From assembly GCA_030532415.1 (NCBI GenBank), contig JAUNLE010000003.1, forward strand, positions 11,107 through 51,195: a DNA stretch of 40,089 nucleotides, written 5' to 3'. Positions 7,773 through 16,347 of the stretch are shown piece by piece. This stretch comes from Coriobacteriia bacterium. Its GTDB lineage: Bacteria > Actinomycetota > Coriobacteriia > Coriobacteriales > JAEZZM01. Within the stretch, counting starts at the first letter, position 1, and each line of letters opens with the position of its first letter. The notes beneath the pieces were generated by a model. It was not told the DNA's origin, did no database searches, and was given only the letters and a program-made list of their open reading frames with translations. The translations under genes and the position numbers were made by a program.

Positions 7773-10562
7773 TTATTCAGTAATACCGTTGTTAATCTGA
7801 ACGTCAGATTCTGGAGTCTCAGCGTACTTAACTCTGCGGTCAGTGAAGAGTTTCTTCTCGTCGTCAGAGATTTGGCTCTCGTCAAGCTTTCTGAGTTCTA
7901 CGCAGCCAAGCTTGTCGAATTGATCGTTGAAGTAAGTACCACCGTTGAGGTAGTCAGCTCCAGTGAACCATTGATCGGTACGATCTGCAGGATCGATGCA
8001 TGGATATACGCGGCAGAGTAAACCACGGGTTGTCCAGGTAGCGGTTGCAGCATCTGAACCCTCAACAGAACCATCAACAAGTACGTTAACGTTAGAGATG
8101 AACGCACCTTGGTTCCATGGATCCTCAGCTGGGAGCTCTGGATACCACCATGAAGGCATTGCTTGAACAGTACCCTTGATGATAGCTTGGTCAACGTGAG
8201 CAACTTGCTTAATACGTCCGCGCTCGTTCTCAATCCATACCCACTCACCATCACGGATACCATACTTACGTGCATCCTCACGATGGATGTATACAGAAGG
8301 ATAAGGGAAGATTGAACGGGTACCTTGACCAGGAACACGGTTCTCTGAGTGATAGAGAACAGATACACGACCACCGGTGGTTAGACGTAGTGGATACTTC
8401 TCTGCTAACTCTGGATCAGATAATGGAGTTTCTGGAAGCTCGTGGTAGTAAGGTAATGGGCTGTATCCAAGGTCTTCCATGAAGCATGGAACAATCTCTG
8501 CCTTACGTGATGGAGTAGCGAAACCGCAAGTCTGACCGTTTGGTAAAGTTTCTGCATACTTGTAGAAACGGGTGGTGCTTGGGAAGTAAGTACCTTGCTC
8601 AACTAATTGATCATAGGTTAAGTCAGTACCACGTGAGATACGGAACTTAATGAGGTCCTCGTAGGTCTCCCATGGCCATTGCTCTTCTTCACCAAGACGG
8701 ATACCGAGTTTACGGAAGAAGTCGTAGTCCATGATACGATCGCCAACTGGCTTAGAACCACGGTCACCGCAAACTGAGAAGTCGTTAGCATCCTCAGCAG
8801 TGGTGTAGCATGGACGCTCAAGTGAGTCACAAGCAGGGATGATGTAGTCAGCTAAAGCAGCTGCTGGCGTCTTCCAGTACTCAACATCAACGATGAGTTC
8901 CATGTCCTCTTTCATGATCTTCCATAAACGCTTAGGATCTGGAGCCCATGCCATTGGGTTAGATGACCAAATGATCATACCCTTTACTGGATATGGATCG
9001 CCGAACTCCATTGCGTCGTACATTAATACTGGTGAGCAGAGGAGTTGGTGAAGCATTGGACGAGGTACACCGTGGATCTTACGATACTCGCGGTCGATAA
9101 TCTCGAATCCTTGCCAGCTCATTGCACGGAAGTGATCCCAACCGATGTATTTCTTACGAACCTCAGGATCTACAACCTCAGACATTTCGAGCTCAGAGTC
9201 ACGATATGGGAAGTGCTTGGTTCCGTCAAGATCAGGTACAGGACCAGGTTCACCTACGTACTCACCGCCAGGAACGTCGATGTAGTTGAGGATGATACGC
9301 ATGATGGTCTTGGTGATACAGAGGTTTGAAGCGTTAGGACCGTGTTGGTCACCACCGCCAAGACCCCAAGTAATGAAGCCGTGACCGTTAGTTGCATATA
9401 CGCGAGCAGAATCAATAATCTTGTTCTCAGGAATACCAGTGATAGGTGATGCCCATTGTGGAGTATATGGCTCAGCCATTTCCTTAACAGCTGCCCATGC
9501 AGTGAGACATTCTACCTTGCTACCGTCTTTTAAGGTAACAGTGAATTCACCGTCGATAGCAGCATCAACAGCGCCATCTTTCTTGTATGCGTTAATATCT
9601 GAGTTCCATACGAGAGGAGCGTTTTCTTCTTGATCCCAGACGATGAAGTTACCGTGCTCTTCACCCTCGAATACTTCGTCTGCACGAAGGAGGTGTCTGT
9701 TCTCTTTGGTCATCAAGAATACACCGTTTGACCAGTATTTGATGAAGTCGGTGTTATACCATTCATTCTCGATGATTTGGTTTAACCATGCAAGTGATAA
9801 TGCGTGGTCGGTACCTGGATAAATTGGGAGCCAGATATCAGCAAGTAATGCTTGGGTGGTGCAGTATGGATCAATAACGATCATCTTAGGCTTTTTGCCT
9901 GGACGGTTCATAGCTGCTAAATATTGACGCCACATTGGTGATTGAGGACCATATTTCTCAGAAGCACTCAAACCCCAGATAACAAAGGTATCAGCATAGT
10001 CGATACCAACTGGTGAGAGAGCCTCGATTGGCCAACCAACCATAGCCATGTTGAGTGAGTAGTTCCAGCACCAGCAGATAGTACCAGGATCGCAAACGTT
10101 ACCTGGGTTACCAAGGTAGTTCATGAAACGAGTACGTGACCATAGGTGATCTGAACGATAAGTACCCTCGAAAGATACAAGAGTCTCAGGACCATATTTA
10201 GCGATTAACTCTTTGATCTTGTCAGCAATTTCATCCATTGCTTGCTCGAGAGGAATTTCTTGCCATCTATCCTCACCACGTTTACCAATACGCTTCATAG
10301 CGTGGTTAATACGCTTTGGATGATAGTGCATCTGGATAGCTTTTTGTCCTTTTTCACCGATACGGTCACAAAGAACAGTACCCTCTTTCCAGTTAGGTTT
10401 GATCTCGACAATTCGATCAGTTTCGGTATCTACACCAATAACGATACCGCAGTTGAGGTGACAATAAAAGCAACGTGAATACGTCCATTGTACGCCATGT
10501 TCATCAACATACTTGTTAGGCATGTCGTAAGGCAACACAATTTGCTTTCTTTCTTCCGCCAT
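7773..10562 (-). CDS. Molybdopterin (bis-MGD) oxidoreductase, DMSO reductase family, cytoplasmic type (MoOx-1)
   Basis: 929-aa ORF with N-terminal FS0 motif CFYCHLNC...C (Cx2Cx3C..C). It has the typical KRINHAMKRIGKRGEDRWQEIPLEQAMDEIA segment and the C-terminal TTRGLLCRVY end of the MopB barrel, followed by a 74-aa tail. No twin-arginine signal. RBS AGGAGGGGG. Confidence 0.9.
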   Translation of the reverse strand: MAEERKQIVLPYDMPNKYVDEHGVQWTYSRCFYCHLNCGIVIGVDTETDRIVEIKPNWKEGTVLCDRIGEKGQKAIQMHYHPKRINHAMKRIGKRGEDRWQEIPLEQAMDEIADKIKELIAKYGPETLVSFEGTYRSDHLWSRTRFMNYLGNPGNVCDPGTICWCWNYSLNMAMVGWPIEALSPVGIDYADTFVIWGLSASEKYGPQSPMWRQYLAAMNRPGKKPKMIVIDPYCTTQALLADIWLPIYPGTDHALSLAWLNQIIENEWYNTDFIKYWSNGVFLMTKENRHLLRADEVFEGEEHGNFIVWDQEENAPLVWNSDINAYKKDGAVDAAIDGEFTVTLKDGSKVECLTAWAAVKEMAEPYTPQWASPITGIPENKIIDSARVYATNGHGFITWGLGGGDQHGPNASNLCITKTIMRIILNYIDVPGGEYVGEPGPVPDLDGTKHFPYRDSELEMSEVVDPEVRKKYIGWDHFRAMSWQGFEIIDREYRKIHGVPRPMLHQLLCSPVLMYDAMEFGDPYPVKGMIIWSSNPMAWAPDPKRLWKIMKEDMELIVDVEYWKTPAAALADYIIPACDSLERPCYTTAEDANDFSVCGDRGSKPVGDRIMDYDFFRKLGIRLGEEEQWPWETYEDLIKFRISRGTDLTYDQLVEQGTYFPSTTRFYKYAETLPNGQTCGFATPSRKAEIVPCFMEDLGYSPLPYYHELPETPLSDPELAEKYPLRLTTGGRVSVLYHSENRVPGQGTRSIFPYPSVYIHREDARKYGIRDGEWVWIENERGRIKQVAHVDQAIIKGTVQAMPSWWYPELPAEDPWNQGAFISNVNVLVDGSVEGSDAATATWTTRGLLCRVYPCIDPADRTDQWFTGADYLNGGTYFNDQFDKLGCVELRKLDESQISDDEKKLFTDRRVKYAETPESDVQINNGITE

Positions 10563-10680
10563 CTCTAACCCCCTCCTACTTTCTAAGTGATAGGTAATAT
10601 TTGTAGACGCTTCTCTCGTGGCACCTACGTTACGTTATCTATTATTCAAGACTTCCTGTTTATTTGCATGACCCTTATAA

Positions 10681-10721
10681 GATGATTTTTTAGACTACTA
10701 GTAGGGTGATGCCTAGGGTGA
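10681..10721 (-). promoter_or_regulatory. Candidate operator/promoter module A: TCACCCT-N5-TCACCCT-N11/12-AAAAATCATC
   Basis: The minus strand reads TCACCCTAGGCATCACCCTACTAGTAGTCTAAAAAATCATC. It lies between the LuxR stop (10733) and the MoOx-1 start (10562). A near-identical module occurs at 13667-13706. Confidence 0.45.
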
Positions 10722-10732
10722 CAGCCCTTTAG

Positions 10733-13453
10733 CTAGGATAATGTACTTTTCTTAAAAGCGTCCACTCTATTGTTTACCTCGAGTTTTTGGTAAATATGGG
10801 CAATATGTGTTTTCACAGTATTTAAGGAGATATTGAGCGACTGGGCGATTTCTTTTCTCGACAGGCCCAAATTAAGGAGTTCTAGAATCTCATTTTCACG
10901 ATCGGTTAAATTCGCATCGAATGAAGCTTCTGCAACTGCCTCGGTTTCTTGGTTATCGCCGAAATTACGCAGAATATTTCGGATGAAGTTTTTGGCAGAC
11001 CAATTACTTTTACTGGTGTTAAGCACTTCATGCAAAAGCACGTGCATCTTATCTCCTGCATAAACAAAGACGTCCATCTCTTTATTTTGTTCAGCAAGAC
11101 TTAAGAGACGATTGAGCTCTTTTTTTGCCTGGCCTGATTTTCCAAGCTCTTCTAAGGCCATCACCCGTAAAGTTCTTCCATTGAGTTCAGATGAAATTAA
11201 ATCAAGCTGGATTGCTCGTGCTATAAAGTTTTGAGAGTCTTCTAAAACCTTTTCAAACTTTCCCATCTTATAGTCAATCCAGGAGAAGATAAGCTCGCCT
11301 TTCAGACGGACAATAGGGTTATTGCATGCATTTTCCACAATCATCGCTGCTATATCTTTTGCCTGGTCGTAGTAGCCCATTTCAAAGACAATCTGAGCGT
11401 AAATAAGGTTACCTAAGAAATTTACTCCCCTTGGCAGGCTTTGCGGTTTAATTTCTACCGCCGCCTTGGTGACTAAGTTAAAGGCCTTTTTCTGTTGTGC
11501 AATCATATTAAGATAGAGTGCCTCAATAAATTTAAGCTCGAAATACATATCTATATTTCTTGTTTTAGACAGTCTCTTCTTCGCGCGCTTTAAATACGTT
11601 GAAGCCTCATCCAGACGACCTGTCTTAATACATATATATGCAAGGGCAGTATTCAAGGCACCGTACAGCGAAAAATCTGGAGGACAAACCTGGAGCGTAT
11701 CGCGACACATTTGTTCTGCATCCTCATACTTACCAGAAAGTATGTGCGTCCAACAAATACCAAGACTGCTAAATATAGCGAAAAACTTCGAATGAGCTAA
11801 TTCGGAAAGCGAATGAGACTCAAGATAATACTTTTCGGCTAAAACAAAGTTTCCCGCATATTGATAGGCTTCAGCCAAATCATAGATAATGATGCATTTC
11901 AAAGCATGAGGTAGGCTATCTTTATAGTCTTGTAATAGCTGTTCGTGCTGGTCAATAAGGTATTGGTATTCTCCACGCAAACCTTCACACTTAACCAAGA
12001 CATAGCGCTGTATAAGTGTGATCATTTTTGGATCAAAATAAAATACCGTATGCCGCTCATCAAACAAAATGGTTTGACCTTGGGCGAGCCTATAGTCTTC
12101 CATAAAGATATTGAGCCACTCAAGCAGTTCTTCTCTTCTACCTGCACATAAGTAGGCCCACATTACGAACATTGCTGTGAATGCATTCGTTTTGATTTGC
12201 TCGGCATTCATCTCACAAATGTCCATATAAAACTTGATATTAGAGCTCTCTTTCATAACCGTAAGCGGAGCGCTCAGATTTTTTATGTAGTCGAAATCGC
12301 TTGAGAGCAGCAAAAATTTTACTGCCTCGTACTTTTGACCATCTTTCTCAAACCACTCACTTGCCAAATAGGAAAGCTGCCTAATTGAGTCAAGACGAAT
12401 CTGCATGAGTTTGTTTCTTAGCCAGCGTGAAAATACTGGATTGAACTCATACCAACCGACTTGTTTTGGGTCTTCTTCGATAAATAGATTGAGTTTTAAA
12501 AACTTGTCTAAAACGACCTGAGCATCGTATCTGTCGAGCATGTAATTGCACAAGGATGCATTACAGCGCAAAAGCAGTGATGACTCTACGAGAAACTCTG
12601 AATCCAAGTTACTAATGGGCAAATCATCAAGACAGGCGGTGAAGAAGTTATGTACAAGTGAATTTAAGACATCCTTATCAAGATGCTCGGTTTGAGGCAG
12701 CTCATCGTGGGCCGCTGCCTCTATATAGGTATAGGTTCCTAAAAACCAACCCTTCGTATAGTCATAAAGTTCATCAAGTACGCTGCTTTCAAGTAGTTGT
12801 GGCGCATGCTCTTGTGCGATAAGAGCGGTTTCTTCTTTTGATAAATTAAGCGCATCATTGGCGAAGACATAAACGAAATTTCTAAAGTCTGCACGTATGA
12901 GCGTGCGCGTAAAGTAATTTTCAGCTATCACAAGATGAAATTTAGGCGGCATATACGAGCAGAAGTCATTAATAAAATCTACTGACTTATTGAAATCAAG
13001 CTTGTCGAAATTATCTAAAAAGATAACGACATCTTTGCTTTTCGGATTGCTGCTATATCTATAAAGAGCATTACTTAGGGCAAGTAAAAACTCTTCGTTT
13101 GTCGCAAAATCTTCTTCAAACAGGTCATCAAGCTGGCCTTTTTCGAAAATATTGCTCAGCCCTTGCAAGAGATAGTACTTTAAATTTTCGAAGGTCACAG
13201 CAGTGCCATCAATGGTAAGCCACATCTCATGGAATGCATCTTCAGATAAGGAATTGTAACAATCATATAAAAAGCTTGTTTTACCACTTCCTGGAGGTCC
13301 CTGAATTATGAGTATTTTGTAGTCAATGAGCCGATTGAATTCTTGAACTAATCGATCTCGTTTTTCAAAACGATTGGAATTATAAGGAGGTATTAGCCTG
13401 CTTAAAACAAGTGTTGGTTTCTTGTGGCCCTCTTGCGTATCAGCCATGTACAT
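10733..13453 (-). CDS. MalT-like LuxR-family transcriptional regulator (N-terminal P-loop NTPase, TPR-like middle, C-terminal LuxR HTH)
   Basis: 906-aa ORF with Walker A GPPGSGKTS near the N-terminus. The C-terminal LTDRENEILELLNLGLSRKEIAQSLNISLNTVKTHIAHIYQKLEV is a canonical GerE/LuxR HTH. Confidence 0.9.
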   Translation of the reverse strand: MYMADTQEGHKKPTLVLSRLIPPYNSNRFEKRDRLVQEFNRLIDYKILIIQGPPGSGKTSFLYDCYNSLSEDAFHEMWLTIDGTAVTFENLKYYLLQGLSNIFEKGQLDDLFEEDFATNEEFLLALSNALYRYSSNPKSKDVVIFLDNFDKLDFNKSVDFINDFCSYMPPKFHLVIAENYFTRTLIRADFRNFVYVFANDALNLSKEETALIAQEHAPQLLESSVLDELYDYTKGWFLGTYTYIEAAAHDELPQTEHLDKDVLNSLVHNFFTACLDDLPISNLDSEFLVESSLLLRCNASLCNYMLDRYDAQVVLDKFLKLNLFIEEDPKQVGWYEFNPVFSRWLRNKLMQIRLDSIRQLSYLASEWFEKDGQKYEAVKFLLLSSDFDYIKNLSAPLTVMKESSNIKFYMDICEMNAEQIKTNAFTAMFVMWAYLCAGRREELLEWLNIFMEDYRLAQGQTILFDERHTVFYFDPKMITLIQRYVLVKCEGLRGEYQYLIDQHEQLLQDYKDSLPHALKCIIIYDLAEAYQYAGNFVLAEKYYLESHSLSELAHSKFFAIFSSLGICWTHILSGKYEDAEQMCRDTLQVCPPDFSLYGALNTALAYICIKTGRLDEASTYLKRAKKRLSKTRNIDMYFELKFIEALYLNMIAQQKKAFNLVTKAAVEIKPQSLPRGVNFLGNLIYAQIVFEMGYYDQAKDIAAMIVENACNNPIVRLKGELIFSWIDYKMGKFEKVLEDSQNFIARAIQLDLISSELNGRTLRVMALEELGKSGQAKKELNRLLSLAEQNKEMDVFVYAGDKMHVLLHEVLNTSKSNWSAKNFIRNILRNFGDNQETEAVAEASFDANLTDRENEILELLNLGLSRKEIAQSLNISLNTVKTHIAHIYQKLEVNNRVDAFKKSTLS

Positions 13454-13666
13454 ATACCGTCTCCCTATGTACTCTATTTCTATTTATTCACATCTAGGTA
13501 TAGCTCTATGCTCATAAATAAGATTAATCTATTATATTTTTATATATTTATGTAAATGTACTTTTAATACTTGTAATTTAAATATTTCCCCACAGCTATT
13601 GTAACAAAAAAGGTTTATATGCAGGCTACGAGCGTAACCCTCCTCCATGAGTTTTAGACAAATTCT

Positions 13667-13706
13667 TCACCCTTTGTATCACCCTTAAAAAAGCACAAAA
13701 ATCATC
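13667..13706 (+). promoter_or_regulatory. Candidate operator/promoter module B: TCACCCT-N5-TCACCCT-N11-AAAAATCATC
   Basis: The plus strand reads TCACCCTTTGTATCACCCTTAAAAAAGCACAAAAATCATC, 60 nt upstream of the ATG at 13767. A possible -10 TATTAT lies 34 nt further downstream. Confidence 0.45.
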
Positions 13707-13766
13707 CAATGTCCCACTTTCCTATCTGCTGTTTCATAAGTATTATAGTTAGGGAAGGGGGATATA

Positions 13767-14354
13767 ATGGATACATGTACTGTTTGCGGAACTGAAAAAG
13801 TTGACTTAGTAAAAAATGGCTTTCCGTTTTGTTTGTCTTGCTACAACAAGTCCATGGCTAATGCGTATGGGCATCAAGAAATCAAAGAAATAGAGAAGCT
13901 CGAAGTGGTGGATGAACATGGTTTTGCACACACTTTTAAGCTTGAAGGCTATTCTTTGGGTCAAGACATTCAATGGGGAGCATTTGAATGCTTAGATGAA
14001 GAGGCGCGAAAAAACGGGCGCCAAGGATATGAGTTTAAAATTATAGAGGACTCTCAAATTCCACAAGACGAAGCGGTCGAAAAACTTAGAAGCATCGTTT
14101 TACATAATATGAAAAACACCTCACTTAAGAAAACTGAAAGCCCATTTTATGATGAAACCTTGTTAAGTCGTGATGATTTTCATTTTTCATTAAATGATGA
14201 AGGCTTTGCATACATAAGTGTGGGTAAAGATAATACATTAAAGCTTATTATTGACGGATATGAAATAAGCTCCGATGAGTTTTTGAAAATGCTTTCACGT
14301 ATGGAGGCCTACCAATTCCATTGGAAATTTAGTGATTCATGGGAAAACTCTTAA
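13767..14354 (+). CDS. Hypothetical protein with N-terminal zinc-ribbon
   Basis: 195-aa ORF with RBS GGAAGGGGGA and an N-terminal CTVCG...CLSCY. No family recognised for the remainder. Confidence 0.6.
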   Translation: MDTCTVCGTEKVDLVKNGFPFCLSCYNKSMANAYGHQEIKEIEKLEVVDEHGFAHTFKLEGYSLGQDIQWGAFECLDEEARKNGRQGYEFKIIEDSQIPQDEAVEKLRSIVLHNMKNTSLKKTESPFYDETLLSRDDFHFSLNDEGFAYISVGKDNTLKLIIDGYEISSDEFLKMLSRMEAYQFHWKFSDSWENS

Positions 14355-14387
14355 GCATTTTCCCTTAGCAAGAAAGAGAGAATAAGT

Positions 14388-15383
14388 ATGGCATCAGACC
14401 ACAAATCAGCAATGAAATTTCCTGAAATTGAGCTTAGTTCATATGAACCAGTTCAAATTACCTTAAAGAAAATCGAAATTTCAGACAAGGATATAGAAGA
14501 CCGCATGCGTCAAAATGCTAACAGTTTTGGCATGACCTATGCTGATAGCCCTGAGACCGAGGTGTCGGAGACTTCAATTGTTGATTTTGACTTGCAAGTT
14601 GATTTAAACGGAAAAGACATTCCAAATCTTACTGGTAAAAACCGTATGCTCGATTTAAACGTACCAATGATGCCTCAAAGTTTTAACGATGAAATTATTG
14701 GTATGAAAGTGGGAGAAACCAAGGAATTTATCTTTAATACTCCTGGTAATGCTGATCTTGAGAGCGAAAATACGACTACCGACTTCCACGCAGTTGTAAC
14801 TATTAACAAAATCAAAGATCGCGTTGAGCCTGAAATCACTGATGAATGGGTTAAGCAGTATATTCCTTTTGTAAATACTGTTGAAGAATTCCGTCAACAA
14901 GCTCGTGATGAAATTCAATCAGAGATTAATGAGTTTGCAAAAAATGAGAAGATTTCTCAGGCTGCTAACAAATTATCTGAAAGATTTGAAGGTAAAGTTG
15001 GAGACGAACTTTACAAGCAAGTTATGGACGATTTAAAGAACACCTATGAGCAACAAGCACAATCAATGGGTCAAACTCTTGAAGAAGCCTTGAAAGAACA
15101 AGGTAGCAGCATGCAACAATTCACTATGACCTTGATGATGCAAGCTCGTCAAACCGTACGCCAAGGTTTATCGCTTGATGCATGGGCTCGCCATTATAAC
15201 ATCACTCCAAAAGACAACGACATCAATATGATGTTAGAGACTATGTATCCTGGCCAAGGTCAACAAATGCGTGAGCAGTTCAATGAAAACCCAGAACAAC
15301 TCGAAGGTTTAGAAATTGCTGCACGTAGATATCTAGCTAACATGGATGTTGTGGCTAAAGCGCAAGTTGTATACGAAGATTAG
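14388..15383 (+). CDS. Trigger-factor-like chaperone lacking the N-terminal ribosome-binding domain (PceT/RdhT-like architecture)
   Basis: 331-aa ORF. It is collinear with the trigger-factor linker, the FKBP-like domain (VDFDLQVDLNGKDIP...GMKVGETKEF) and the C-terminal arm domain. No GFRxGxxP ribosome-docking signature is present. Confidence 0.8.
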   Translation: MASDHKSAMKFPEIELSSYEPVQITLKKIEISDKDIEDRMRQNANSFGMTYADSPETEVSETSIVDFDLQVDLNGKDIPNLTGKNRMLDLNVPMMPQSFNDEIIGMKVGETKEFIFNTPGNADLESENTTTDFHAVVTINKIKDRVEPEITDEWVKQYIPFVNTVEEFRQQARDEIQSEINEFAKNEKISQAANKLSERFEGKVGDELYKQVMDDLKNTYEQQAQSMGQTLEEALKEQGSSMQQFTMTLMMQARQTVRQGLSLDAWARHYNITPKDNDINMMLETMYPGQGQQMREQFNENPEQLEGLEIAARRYLANMDVVAKAQVVYED

Positions 15384-15392
15384 GAGGTAGAC

Positions 15393-15707
15393 ATGGCAGC
15401 AGATTCCCAAAATAAGGATAATCTTACTAATGATGATGTAAGAATTGTTGAAATAAAGGCACCAGGTTCAGACAAGGTTATTACCAAAGAGGTGCGAGAA
15501 GAAAAGCCAGAGGTTACTTGTCCAAACTGTGGTTCAAATGATGTTACCTTTACTCATTCCCCTATTAGCTACACGATCTTAACGTGTACCTGCAACGATT
15601 GTTCAGAGCGCTTTACCTGGGATACCCTTGATAAAAAAGCTCTCGATACTGAAAAAGACAGGATATCAAGTAAGCCTTACAAAGGTCCATATCCTCCTTT
15701 TTTATAG
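15393..15707 (+). CDS. Small zinc-ribbon protein
   Basis: 104-aa ORF with RBS AGGAGG 5 nt upstream and CPNCGSNDV...CTCNDCSERF (4-Cys ribbon). Confidence 0.6.
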   Translation: MAADSQNKDNLTNDDVRIVEIKAPGSDKVITKEVREEKPEVTCPNCGSNDVTFTHSPISYTILTCTCNDCSERFTWDTLDKKALDTEKDRISSKPYKGPYPPFL

Positions 15708-15767
15708 GCTGAAACATAAGTTAAGCTTAGAGATAGCTACTAAGCTTTACGTCTAGTAAATTTGACT

Positions 15768-15803
15768 AAGAGGTTTAGCAAAACGCTAGACCTCTTCTTT
15801 TTT
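15768..15803 (+). terminator. Rho-independent terminator
   Basis: Stem AAGAGGTTTAGC / GCTAGACCTCTT (12 bp including one G-U) with loop AAAAC, followed by CTTTTTT. Confidence 0.75.
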
Positions 15804-15906
15804 GCTTATAATTTCTTGCTTTCTATATTTTCATTTAGCCAATAGTTGGTATATGATATTATTCACATTTTAAATAATAGAAAATCTTGAGAGGACACAT
15901 CACACA

Positions 15907-16347
15907 ATGTGGGCAGTATGTAATCCAAAAACAGAAGATGAACTTAACGAATGTGAAGCGCTTGGTCATTCACTCAGTAGACTTATGCAACCAACCATTC
16001 TTACGGTTTTAAAGAAATACAACGAACCACTGCATGGCTATGTGATCGTTCAAAAGGTTGCAGAATCACCTATGTTTGGTGGAAAAAAACCAGATCCAAC
16101 TGGTACCTATCGCACCTTAAAGAAGATGGAAGAATGCGGCTACGTAACCTCAGAATGGAAAACTCCTGAAAAAGGATCACCTAAAAGAGTTTTTAGCCTT
16201 ACTGATGCAGGAGAGCGCTGTTTGCGTCGTTGGATTGATGCGCTTGCCTGTTACACCTACACCATCGAACTCCTTCGCTCTGACGCTTCAGATTCTTTAG
16301 GAATAGATTTACCAGAACTTCCTCAGTGTCACCAAGCTGCTCAATAA
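15907..16347 (+). CDS. PadR-family transcriptional regulator
   Basis: 146-aa ORF. LTVLKKYNEPLHGYVIVQKV...GTYRTLKKMEECGYVTSEW matches the PadR winged-helix signature. Confidence 0.75.
   Translation: MWAVCNPKTEDELNECEALGHSLSRLMQPTILTVLKKYNEPLHGYVIVQKVAESPMFGGKKPDPTGTYRTLKKMEECGYVTSEWKTPEKGSPKRVFSLTDAGERCLRRWIDALACYTYTIELLRSDASDSLGIDLPELPQCHQAAQ

Noticed and set aside
7898-8374. 158-aa ORF, plus many 60-100-aa ORFs (for example 8270-8482, 8405-8602, 8618-8830, 9045-9329, 9421-9633, 10242-10478), nested inside the 929-aa Mo enzyme gene
   Set aside because: They are fully embedded in a long ORF with clear family signatures. Their compositions are low-complexity and biased, they have no RBS and no recognisable motifs. 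These are typical shadow ORFs.
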